Shown here in pieces: positions 48,796 to 61,351 of a stretch of 64,000 nucleotides of DNA. The position numbers were made by a program, and so were the translations under genes. This DNA is from Balanoglossus misakiensis (Eukaryota > Animalia > Hemichordata). The notes under the pieces are model-generated. The model did not search any database. It had not been told where the DNA came from and worked only from the letters and a program-made list of their open reading frames with translations. Position 1 is the stretch's first letter, and the number at the start of each line of letters is the position of its first letter. Location: positions 1,622,925 through 1,686,924 of the forward strand of contig CM082583.2 in NCBI GenBank assembly GCA_040954595.2, given 5' to 3'.

Positions 48796-50057
48796 CGGGA
48801 CTTCGGTTGTCGCTGTAGTATTTAACCCAAGTTTAACTGTGACACCCACGTCCATACATGGCAAGGTTTTCTCTCCCAAAAGTTTCAGTTTGGCATCCCA
48901 GTTACCATCAGTTGCGCTTTCTCCATGCCTTCTAAGTTGAATGCGATTTACCATCACCGGATTCATACTGTGGTGCAAAGACAATTAAAAACATCGATTG
49001 TAAGTCATTTAGTAGTGATACCATTGTTACCAAACCTCGTTTTAAAATACATGTAATCTGTACTCGAAACTATCATTTTTTCTTTCTTTCTAGAATATGA
49101 CTTGTGAGCGAGTGCCGCGTTTAAATTGATACTGAGAATAAACACCGCTAATCGACGATAAAATCAACGTATTTTCAAATGCAAGTGAACGCATGGAGGC
49201 GGCCATATTGAATTTAGGTTACATCCCAAGACATTCCGACTGGGCTTCAGGTGGATTCGGGAAAGGTCTCTAAAACATAATCGGTCATCCAGTTTTGTAT
49301 ACTAAATTTCTAAAAATGTAGGACATGAGAGGTTAACATACCCACAATGACTACACACAAAAAAGGGCCCAGGCGTTTCGGGGTGCGATTGTTACGTACC
49401 TTAGCTCCATCATCTGCAACCAGCCAAGGCATGGCTGTGAAATTGCGCGTCATGGAGGATGTCGAGATCCGGAATTCCGCCAACGGGAAACTGTTTAGCG
49501 TGCCTTGTATGCAGCACGATGGCAACGTTCTGGAACTTAAATTCTGGAAAGAAAATCCGAAGTGGCTGAACAGATTACAGAAGGGAGAATACGTACAGCT
49601 CCGCAACTTTTCCACTGGAAGAGATAATACCATTTGCCTCTATGATAGAGCAAAGGCCGGGGATGCCATTACGCCGTTAAACCTGAAATATAGATTGAGA
49701 GTGGATATTGTTTTACACAATTTTTGAACATTGAAGTAAAGTATTAGAATGATGGAGTCCGATAGAAAAAGTGAGTTGGTAATTTCGGCATCCGACTTCG
49801 TTATTAAAATGGAAAGATTTGCGATTTGAGATTCGGTTACCATTTGGAAGTTTGAAAGGAAATATTTCATTCAAGTACAGTGGCAACTACTGGATTATGG
49901 AGAATATTTGAAATGTTGATGAACGGAGACCTATTAGAATCAATGAAAACCTACCTTTATTGGTGTTACGGTTACTACACCTGACAGACCGCTGGTCTGC
50001 GTCCGACCGATTTTGAGCTCCTAGCTCTTGTGGAGACATGCGGAGGTACAGCGGGTT
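48796..50057 (-). pseudogene. Rearranged OB-fold gene copy, the inverted counterpart of ~33600-35490
   Basis: Paralogous exon 3 at 48796-48967 with the donor mutated to TT, an intron, an inverted exon-1 core (49418-49655), then the exon-1 start and upstream region. Confidence 0.8.
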
Positions 50058-51990
50058 TATTGTTTTTTTGTAAAACCATAGTTAAACTCCAAAAATCTTC
50101 TTCTCCAGAACGAGCGATGACTGAGTCGCAAGATTCGGGGAGTATGGTCACTACACTGATGTCTATCAAGTTTGCAAAGAGCATTGTGATTGGTCGAAGA
50201 TTATGGCGGCCATATTGGATTTTGTAAAAAACAGAGAAAAATTGAAATTCCTTTTTCTAGTCCAAAAATTGATAGCATACAAATTCTTTTTATGGATATC
50301 AATCGTCATGTGACTAAAATATATAACAATTTTTTGGCGATTTTTCACATGACCTTTGACCTAATTATCACGCGTTATTATTTCTGCATATCTAATTCCA
50401 GGCTAACCTATAGGGCTAGAGGTTTGGTTTTTGATGAATGTGGATTAGTGTGTGATCAAAATATTTTGCTACTTTTCATGACCCCTTTGACCTCTGCTGA
50501 CCTCATTAATTATGCACATACCTAATTACAGGCGAACCAATAGAGCTAGAGTTTTGGTTTTTGTTGGACATGGACCAGTATGGGTAAAAAAAAATTGCCC
50601 AAATGTTGGGTGACCTCAGGTGACCTTTGACCTACTTCACCCTATTTCAGCAGCAAAAATACACACATCCTTGTTATGTCATGAGATAATACATCCGATA
50701 GAAAATTCTGTTTCTTCTCATTCATACTGTGCATATATAATTCAAGATCAGCGCTTGGGCCCAACAATGCTGCTCGCAGCTTTAATTCTTCTTCTTCTTC
50801 TTCTTCTTCCGAGAAATTCGGCCAGGTAGATCTGGAAAACCGCTGCACTTTGGGGGCTGAAACTTGGTAGGGTGATAGGGGCCAATGAGTAGACGTGCAG
50901 TGGCTCATGAATATTTAATTAGTCACGTGACCTGGCGGCCATATTGCATTTCCTGACAATCGTTAAACGAGTCCTTCTCAAAAACTACTGGGCCGATCGA
51001 GTTCAAATTTGGTGTGCAGGTAGCCTACCTTCTGTCCATCATTTTACCCCATTGAAATCATGACGTCACACATAAAGTTTTTTTGCTACAATTGTTTTTC
51101 TGACAAACTACTTAAAACTTTAAAAATCTTCTTCTCCAGAACCAGCGATTGCCGAGTCACAGGATTCGGGGTATGTGGTCACCTAACCTATGTTTTTCAA
51201 GTTTGCGAAGCGCACTGTGATTGGTCGATCATTATGGCGGCCATGTTGGATTTTCGGAAAACCATTGAAAAATGAAAATTCTGTTTTGTAGCCAAAATGT
51301 TGACAGCACGTAAATTCTTTTTTTGGATATGAGTCATCATATGACCGGAAGTTGTTACAATTTTTCGGGGCAATTTTGACATGACCTTTGACCCAGTTTT
51401 AAAACAACTAATTATATATGCATATCCCCATACCTCCTCTTGTAAAAGCACCACAGTCATGAATTTTGTGGACATGGGTACCAATGCTGCCAGGACATGA
51501 CACAACTATTTTGGTAATTTTGGCAATGACCCTTGACCTATTTCTGAAACATCATTTTTCTGCATATCTAATTCCAGGCTAACCAATAGGTCTGGTTTTA
51601 GTTGGACATGGCCCACTCTGGGGTCAAAATTTTATGCCCAAATTTTGGGTGACCTTGGATGACCTTTGATCTAATTTCCCATATCTCAGCATCCACAGCA
51701 GTTAGAGTCCTGGCTTTTGGAGGGCCGATGGAGCAGATATGGAGTCTTACACAAGACCTCATTAATTATGCGCATACCTAATTCTAGGCGAACCAATAGA
51801 GCTAGGTGTTTGGTTTTTGTTGGACCTAGACTAGTATGGGGTCCGATTTTTTTGCCCAAATTTGGGGTGACCTCAGGTGACCTTTGACCTACTTTCCAAT
51901 ATCTTGGTATCCACAGCAGATGCAGCCTTGGCATTTGCTTGTTACCATGGGAACCGCTTGTGCCCCGCCAACGCTGCTTGCAACTTTAAT
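50058..51990 (+). mobile_element. Two adjacent Helentron-like non-autonomous units (50058-50786 and 50787-51990)
   Basis: Shared 3' ends CGCTTG.GCCC...GCTGCT(C/T)GCA(G/A)CTTTAATT, a (CTT)n microsatellite, and repeated TGACCTTTGACCT and CCTAATT..AGGC.AACCAATAG modules. Confidence 0.55.
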
Positions 51991-52228
51991 TGTATTTTGC
52001 ATTTTCTCACGGTGGCGACCATATTCCTTTGCGGCGAAGATTTATTATTTGTCTGGTTTAAACTTGCATATGCACTCATACTTAGGGTTCATAATACTTG
52101 TACATAGTTCAGTACATACTTCTGTATGGGCTAAAGGTGGTGCAGTTTGAAAAAAGTGTGATAATTTCCCAAAAGTACCAGCTGATGCACCGATTTATGT
52201 CTAATCTCTGTTTTGAATTTCTTGGCAG

Positions 52229-55200
52229 CTTAACCCAAGTTGATAGTACCCTTCTTGTCCTGGACAGAAGTCTATCTGTCAGTACAAATGGTGTAACCGT
52301 ATCAGTTGATGACAACTCGTGGCATAATGTTGTCATGGTAATTGAAGAAGGCATTGTGGCAGTTTACTTGAATGGTGTTGCAGTAACATCACCCCTTCCA
52401 TCCTGGACAGGTATCGCTGACTCAGAAAAGTAAGTTGCTAGTGGAACTCCGAACATTTTTAACTCCTACAAAGCCATAGAAAATTGTCATCATCACATGT
52501 TAAAATTCTATATTTTCCTATACTGTCAAGTTTTCCCAAGCCTCAAGAGAAGTGAACCATTTATTTGTGAAGCAGTTATCTTGTTTATAACTTATCTGCT
52601 AGGTAGCTTGTCTTACTCCTACATGACAATACAATATCATCATAACATGTTGCGACTTACAACAAAACTGGCCAAAAAAATCAAGGGAGCAAACTATGGA
52701 CATCAGCAAAGCTATCTTCGTGGCACTTTCAAATTCAAACTTATGCGGAACGATACTGATTTTCACAGTTTATTTTTGACAACTTCTTACCAGCACTTTT
52801 AATGAATTCATTATTCTCTTGTTTTTCAACAGCTGTATGGTAATTCTTGGTCAAAGCTATGACGAAAATGGACTCCTTGACAACTATTTTAGCTTCCATG
52901 GTGATGTTACACAGATGAATGTATACGATTATGTATTGACTCCTGTTGAAATCCACAGTCTGGCTTTGAACTGTTCACAAAGTCCACTTGGCAATCATGT
53001 CATGTGGGTTGAAATGGATCAAGAGTTATTGGGTAGTGTGGTCAAAATCCAGCCATCAGCTTGTGGAAGTACCAGGTGCCCAATTGGTTACTCTGGTTCA
53101 CCATGCACACCTGTTGGTAAATAGCCTTATTCATTACTATCAAACAATTTTATGCATAATCTGACGAGGAGAAATTGGGTCATATTCACAGAGTTGATTA
53201 ATCCTAAATCCCTACTTTAACACAGCTCTCCTTGTAATGTTGTGTCTGTCCAGGGAAAACTGTGTGAAATTTTGAGTAGTTTTTCCTGTGTACATTCACC
53301 AGCCCCTAGCTGCTGTGTGTTGTACTCCAATCACACAGCCTGCAATCTCCCTACTTTAGGAAGTATAGGGAATCATCATCTGCCCATGCCTGTATCGCTC
53401 ACTCTTTTTGTTTCTACCGTACATGTATTTAACACTGAATGTAATGATACTATTCACAACCACCATCACCATCATCATCATCATAATCATCATCACCACC
53501 ACCACCACCACCATCATCATCATCATCGTCATCATCATCACCATCATCATCATCAGTTTCTGCTGTTCCAAGAACTAGGCTTATCATGAGTGTAATTGAT
53601 CATATCAGTTATTATGCCTATGGATACCATCTCATGACTCCTGTCCTATCTTGTAGTGTTTCTTGACAGTGATCTAGTCTATTCACATGTATCAGAAAAC
53701 AAGCACTTAACAATATCTGGATTTCTCATGAATATGTGACAGATATTAACATCTAGTAGTGCATTTACCTAAATGTACCAGTGTATGCATAGGGGGTGTG
53801 GACCAGTTGTTTAATTTACAAACATTTGTTATTCTTTCATTTTTTTTTCTTCAGATAAACACGCTCCTGAAGTCATTTACTGTCCCAATACGACCCGTAT
53901 AATTAGTCCTAATAGCTTGACAACAGGAGTATGGCAGGAGCCTATATTTACAGATGATGTCGCCATTGCCAATGTGACACAAACCTACACAATGGGTAAG
54001 TTTCCTATAAAATATCATTTCTGATTATAGATAATATATAACATTCACACTAACTAAGTTTTTTTTATCGGGGTGGGGTGGGGAGTTGATCTAAACAGAA
54101 ACCAACAAGCTGAGACAACTTTCCTAAGATTATGGTCAGTATGAAGCATACTGGTACAGTTTATTCTTGTGGCCGTTACTCATATATGGCTAGCACATCC
54201 TATGTGCGACAGATGATCTTGCTTCCAAGTATTAAAGCCTCAATTGCTGATACTATTACCATATGTTTATAGGCCCTTTCCTCGATCCCAGGGCAGTACA
54301 ATGAAGTTAAAACTCGAAAGCATTTGTGTTTGCACGTAATTGTTTATTGGAAACAAAAGATTTGACCAACTGTTGAGCAAGGCCTTTAATCAGTAAAGTA
54401 CTTAATATTCTCCACTACTACTGGGGATACCCATACCACAAATGTTGTGTTCTCTTACAATGGGCAGTTGAATAAACGTGTGCGGCACCATATCTGTTTA
54501 GTATACATATCTTGTTCATGTTTATATGTACAGTCACAATCAGGAGTTGATAATATGCCTGTGTATACCCACCAGATAGCTCACTTAAATGGACCATTCT
54601 AAATTTGAAAAGAAAATCATGAAAAACATTCAAGAAACGGAAGCTATTTTGGCTTTAGCACCCATGCCTGTAATGATGTGCATAATTTTGTTCTTACAGG
54701 TGACACCTTTTCCTGGGGAACCTACCAGATCAGCTATGTTGCTTCAGATACAGCTGGCAACAATGCACAGTGCAACTTTTTACTCTATGTACTGCGTGAG
54801 TGAATTTTTTTATCATTCATACATAAACTTTACAAATTAATTAATATCTTGACAAATTGTCATCTCTACCCCTTGTTATGTCTTGTCACATACTGTAAAA
54901 CGGGACATCTTCGTGACAGAAAATATTTTGCAATATATCAAAAGAGGCAACTGTGACACGAGAATTAAATTTCCGCATTCTAGTATTTTACTAACTACTC
55001 TGTTATCTCTGAAAAACATTTTATGCGACTTTATTTTCTTCTTCTTTTTTGCCGAAGTTTGGGAAAATTTGCCGTTTTACAGTAATATGATTGCATCATT
55101 ATCACTTTTGTCCCTATGTAACTATCAAAAATTATAACAACATCATTCAGAACATACAAGGACACTCAAACCCGTCTAAAACAAACCCTGTCTAATCGGG

Positions 55201-58200
55201 AAACCTCTCTTCAACCAACAGCTTTTCTTAGTCCCTTTTACATAGAAACATGTTAATGTGTTGGTGTTCTGTTTAAAAGATTTGACTGTGTAATAAATAT
55301 GGGTGTCACACATACACCATTAAGACAGTTCTGAAGCATCTCAGAATTGATACTGTCTTAAAAAAACATGTGTGGACGGTGTAAGTGGTCCTGAAACGTC
55401 TCAGATTTTAGACGGCTCTGCCAGCCAGACCTGAGCCGGTGTAAGGATTAACACCTCTCTGCAACCCATTGTCTATGTGGCCGAGCCTCAGCGCCCATAC
55501 ATAAACTTTGTGTGTGTGGACACAACATGACTCAAAGGATTAATGCTCTGTGGTTAGCACTGGCAAATAGTGTCTCAAATTTTACCCTGTGTGAACCTGG
55601 TAAAAGAGGCATTGCGCCGTAGTTGCTAGGGTTGTGGGTTCGTTACCTAGACCTGGACATTTGGGTAGTATTTGCCTGTTGGATGATATATGAGACACAG
55701 ACATTTGGGTAGTATTTGCCTGTTGGATGATAGATGAAATAAAATTAAAAATATATATATAGACAAATAAACTGTGTTCTCCTTTCTTTTACATCATTTG
55801 ATTGTGAAAAGCCAGCACCACCAGTTAAAGGTATTTCCATCTGTAATGAGTTTGAGTCGGGTGTGTTCTGTCAGGTGGATTGTTTACCAGGATACAAGTT
55901 TGCAAGCCTGCCAGCACCTTACTATCTCTGCCATAGTGAAGGATCTTTTAATCCTGAGAATCCAGACGAGGAATTCACCTTCCCTGGATGTTCAGGTGCG
56001 AAAAAAATGATTTGGTATCAGTAAAGAAATATAATCAGGTTGCACATGCACATTCAGAAAATTCTCCAAAGAGAGAGAGTTGTGAGAGGGGGTATTCCAG
56101 CATTGAGACAATTTTCTTTTAGTTATAAATGAAAAGAGAAATATGAGTAATGCAAATTCTTGCTTTACAGTATGTCAAGGTTGTGATTACAGGTAGATAA
56201 TTTGTTAACATCATATCTGCTTACCCCAATATAAAGCTCCAGTACATTTGAGCTATTTTCTTAATATTTTGTTCTGGGTAAGCAGCTGTAACTTTCCTGA
56301 TTGGCTAAGCGGTTTCGCAGTCTAAGTCAATACATCGTTCGCTAGATTGAAAATTGCATCTTTAACAAAATTTGTTTGTTTGTATTGTTCTACTGCAGCT
56401 CCTGGGAAGACTCAACGTGGAGTGAATTGTGGCGTGTCATACAATTCACAGGCTGGTACATGTAACAATGGTGTCATCCAGCAATTGAGGATCAGTTTTA
56501 TGAACACTATCAACTATCTGAATGATTTGTTTGGTATTTGTGGCGGTGAATGCAACTTTGATGACCTTGAAATAACCTGCGGCGCCTCAAACCGAAGAAA
56601 GAGACAGGCTGATACTCAGCTTGTGGTTCAGTTCAGTTTCACAACCAATGCGTGAGTAGTAATTGTTATTTTTCGAGTATTTCATTCCCCTTCTGTTCTA
56701 TTGAAATGACTTTGGTGACATGTCTAGGGTACTGATCCCAGGCTGTGTGAGGACCAGCTCTGTATTCCCTATACAGCTGGTGTTTGCATTATTGCAAAAT
56801 ATTCCATTCATGCAAGTGAAAACAAATTATTTTGTGTCTTAACACTCAAACATTTTCAGTTTTTGGCAACCCCATCATTTCTGCCCACCTTCCTTCATGT
56901 TGCGGCATCCTGTATTCTAAAGATTCATGCATTCGAAATATACTGCAAAACGTGTTATTTTCGCGAGCAGTAAATTTCTGCAAAACATGTGCTGGTCAAA
57001 AAAACGTTAAAATAAAAAGTTGTGTAAAATGTTTTTGGAGATAATGATGCAGTTAGTGAAATACGAGAACTCGAAAATTCGTCCTCACGTAACAGTCACC
57101 TCTTTTAATATCGCGAAAATTTCCTGTCGTGAAAACAACTCAGTTTACAGTACACACTTCTGGTTGGTATTGTAATGTGGCATATGTAAGAATTTTTTGC
57201 CTGTTGTTTTATCCATTAGCTCTGCTGATGCTGCAGCTGTAGTTATTGAAGATGCAGTCAAGAATGGTCCTTTTGATACAGCTGAATATTCGGTCGACGC
57301 TGAGACATTACAAGTTGAAAGTACAATATTCTGTTCCAATGGTAGTGTTCTTGTTGGAGAAGAATGTGGTGAGTGCCTATACTCCTCAGTTGTTATGTAC
57401 TTTAACCCTTTCACTCCCAGTTTCCTCTATAGAGGTCAAACCTTACCATAGAAAACAATTGGTTTGGACTGAACCATGGTGGTGAAAGGATTAAAACTTT
57501 GTCCAAAATTAATATTATAAAAAGGTGTAGATGTTAATATGTTTATATCGCCTGATATGACCTGTTAGGTGGGCCGTATTGCTGCGAGTGTGGTTGTGAG
57601 TCGCAGTGTACAAATTAAAGACAAGTGTGAGTGGTAAATACAACCCAACCAAGAGGTGATATAAGGAAATAATTGATTTGATATGCTCATACCAAGGAGG
57701 GACAAAGTCTCTTTCTCGCTGCCCTTTTTCCATTAATTATGTTTGATAGAAGACACAGTTAATGTTATTCTACATGTGGATATATAGTGAATCAACATTC
57801 AACCACACACAACTGCAATCCCACTTGTAGACACAAAAGTGAAAAACTGGCCAAAATGAATGCTGTGTGTTACAATTGTAGTTGTGTTTTAAACCATTAA
57901 TGCATAATGATCAGTACATGAACAATGTATACATCTGCCTTCAACATTTTGTATTTCCACAGTATTGTGTCCTGAAGGGTCGTACCATGACACTGAGCTG
58001 AGTCAGTGCCATCCTTGTGCAATTGGATATTATCAACCCCTTGAAGGACAAACAGCATGCAATGCCTGTCCAAATAATGGAGTCACCAGGGGAAAGAGAT
58101 CATTATCCATCTTGCAGTGTTTTGGTATGTATAACAGAAGGCAATATCTCCTCCTCGTCCACAGCCATAGCCTAGTATCTAGCCGTATTTTGTCCGCTTT

Positions 58201-61200
58201 GCTTCCAAAACTAGCGTCTAGCCTCACTCATGCCACTGGCCCGATAAAACCCCATACCCCTTGCCGGGAATTGTGACGTATATATCAAATTATTGTGGTG
58301 TGATCCAATATGGAAAGAATGACAATTGGAATGTTCATCTCTTTGGTTGAAAAAATAATTTTTCAACAATGATGTCTATTGCAGAGAGGTGCGATGTTGG
58401 TCACTACTTTGACAACGGGACTTCTCAGTGCCAAAGCTGCCCCATTGGATTCTGGCAATCAGAAGAAGGAAAGTTTGTGTGTAATACTTGCCCAAAGGGA
58501 ATGCTTACATTAGTTGAAGGAGCTACTGATGAGTCACAATGTCAGGGTAGGTACTTGTGTTATTTGCTATTCTTGACTATCAATCACATGATCTGGCCAT
58601 GTGACGTACCCATGGCGTTATCATTTGTAAGTGACAGGCAAGCAATATTTCCGCATCCAGTAAACTTTTTTCCGAGTAGGTTTTTACTTTAGAACCGCCA
58701 GATATGTAACATATTCAACAGTTTAACAAATTCACGTGAGTGAAAAGCAGATAATCGTGAATATCAAAAAATTAATCTTCTCAATTACAGAGGTATGTAA
58801 ATCAGTGGGAGTCCAACTTAGTGTCAATGGGTCTTGTGAGTCGTGTCCCATGGGAACCTATCGATCAAATGCTGAACTTCAGCCATCTTGTATGCCGTGC
58901 CCATTTGGCTTCACCACAAGAACAGTCGGTTCAACCTTAAGTGAAGATTGTAATGTTTGTAAGTATTATGTATACAACTTTTCATGTTGTATCTCAACTG
59001 TACTGAACTGAAGGTTGTATTATTGTGCCTCAGTTGTTCAGAATAATGATAGTCCTCCAATTTTATTCTATGCTCTTTTCCATTCCATCAACAGCTTACT
59101 GCAATGTTGGTTGGTACTTGAATCAGGAGTCCTATAGATGTGAGAAATGCCCTGTTGGAACATATAACTTTGAATTCAACCAGGATGCTTGTCAACCATG
59201 CCCAACTGGCTACACTACAGGCAGAGAGGGTGCCCTATATGAAACAGAATGTGATGGTAGGAATAAATTTTTCATAATCATAGAACTGATAACATGCATG
59301 AAGTGCTTGTGGAGATCAACCTTAACTGTTCAATCTGACACAAACACTTCATTATAAGAAATTTTCTTCTTTATTTAGAGTATCATTTGATATGTTGTGT
59401 GATCCAATATTTTTATATAATTTAATAATGCTCCTCTTTTAACACCTTTTCTGAAAATTTCACGGAAATAACAATATTGTAATACTGTTTTCTCAGAATT
59501 CTACATGTTAGGCTATGGAATGTGATAACCATGCACTGCATCTGGGTAGTCATCTAACTTAAAGGTATACAGTCACCTCCAATTTACAAACGCCCATATA
59601 TGGCTGAAATGGAGTATATGAGAGTTCTAAAGAACATATGGTGGCGCTCTTTTTTGCATGTGCCACCCACTGAAAATCCGTGATTGGCTAGATCTCCTTT
59701 TGCCATGGTAACTATAGCTAATTTTCCATAGGTGACCGTATACCTTTAACTGGTGATATGTATGAAGATCCCATAGTTTTATTTGGTGGTCAGTTAAAGA
59801 CATTGCAAGAATTTTTGTTTTCTAGATGCACATGAATGTCGTCTTGGTCTGGATGACTGTCACCCAAATGCCACTTGCAGGAATCTTGTACCAGGATATG
59901 AATGCACTTGCAAAACTGGTTTCACTGGTGATGGAATAACTTGTACAGGTATGTAACTATCTACAACTGACATGTCAACAGAAATATGTACAGCTAAAAC
60001 GTAGACACTACTGTTGATTTAGTATCTCTCTTGCTGCCCTTTTTCCATTAATTATGTTTGATACAAGACACTGTTTATGTTATTCACCCGGTACATGTGG
60101 ATATATAGTGAATCAACGTTCGACAGCACACAACTTCCATTCCGTTTGTAAGAAATGAATATGCAAGTGGGTTTAGTTCTTGTCTAATACAAATGGTTCG
60201 TCAGGTAGAATAATGTGATGTGATTTTATTCTTGTGTCTAGATAAATGTGAAGGGTTCTGCTCAAACAATGCTGTTTGCATCAAGGACAGTGATGGCAAT
60301 CCTGTTTGTGAATGTACTGATGAATATCAAGGTGAAACTTGCCGCCAGAGAATACCAATGCAAGTTAAAGGTGTGTATACATTTCTTTGTCTTTTAATAA
60401 CTCAAGATTGAAAAACAATATTCACTAAAGTTTACACATTTGTTTGATCTACATGATTACAGTTTACGTTGTCTTGAAAATATTTGTGAAAATGGTGAAA
60501 CTGCAACATCTGCAGTATAACTAGATTTTTGGTCAACTAACCATTTTACAATAGTTAAGCATCATAATGAATGGTTTTCTTGCTTTTATCGTAGCATATC
60601 GCCCCCGTGACAAATATAAATATTTAAACTCTTACAGATTCCTCCGTTGACACAGCTGTCATCATTGGTGGTGTTTCGGGAGGTTTAGCGGCTGTGTTAG
60701 TGCTTGGTGTAATAATGTTACTCATGTACCAACGGTAAGTTATTTAGTACTACCAGAGTAGAATCGAGACAGCTGTAGAAATGTTGCCCATCAGAAAACT
60801 GGGAATTTACCTGTATCTTTCCATACATGCATGAGGCAACGTGAAAAATAATCACATCTGTATCGTGGAAGCAAATTTATTCAAAGAGTTCATGCATAGA
60901 CCTATTAGCGTATAGGGTAACTGCAGTGCATCATGGTATAATTTGCGTTCAACATGCATGGCGGCTAACAAGGCAAAGTCACGCGACCAGACCGCAAAGT
61001 GTCCAACAACCACCTGCGTTATTCTACAGTAGTAACAACATCACAACAAATCCCACATTGATGATGTTCAACTATTTGACATTCAGGTGTGCTCTTGGAG
61101 GAAAGAAACATCCAGGCTGGGAAGAACAAGAGGCAACTATGGATATCCATTGGTTTGATGATACAGATGATGTTGATAGCAAGGCAGGGAAAAGTGTGGA

Positions 61201-61351
61201 AGATGAGGAAGCCTTCAGAGAAATCTATCACTACAATCCCATGTATAGTGGCGACAGTGGTAGTGCCAGTGGAAGTGAGGAATGGAGACCAAGGCCTCTT
61301 AAGAGTAGAAATGAACTATTTCATGAGAGTCACGGAGACAGATACTTCTAA
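52229..61351 (+). CDS. 3' portion (15 exons) of a multidomain type I membrane protein, SVEP1/uninflatable-like
   Basis: Phase-consistent GT-AG exons: 52229-52429, 52833-53116 (pentraxin/LamG); 53855-53995, 54700-54795 (HYR); ~55795-55995 (sushi, acceptor non-canonical); 56399-56651 (RRKR furin site); 57220-57368; 57963-58124, 58385-58546, 58791-58958, 59095-59256 (GCC2/3 ephrin-receptor-like repeats); 59826-59948 (cbEGF); 60242-60370 (EGF); 60638-60734 (TM); 61087-61351 (tail with NPMY, TAA). Confidence 0.9.
53454..53554 (+). repeat. Intronic (CAT/CAC)n microsatellite
   Basis: Seen directly, between two phase-matched exons. Confidence 0.9.
54893..55082. mobile_element. Small TA-TSD MITE; a related copy lies at ~56943-57150
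   Basis: TA-CTGTAAAACGG ... CCGTTTTACAG-TA. Confidence 0.7.
57406..57490. mobile_element. Tiny piggyBac-like MITE
   Basis: TTAA-CCCTTTCAC ... GTGAAAGGA-TTAA. Confidence 0.55.
59563..59745. mobile_element. Kolobok-like MITE
   Basis: TTAA TSD; TIR AGGTATACAGTCACCT / AGGTGACCGTATACCT. Confidence 0.8.

Noticed and set aside
53242-53589. Poly-His protein ORF
   Set aside because: It is an intronic trinucleotide microsatellite between phase-matched exons.
55656-55733. 33-bp direct duplication in an intron
   Set aside because: An ordinary local slippage duplication with no further structure.
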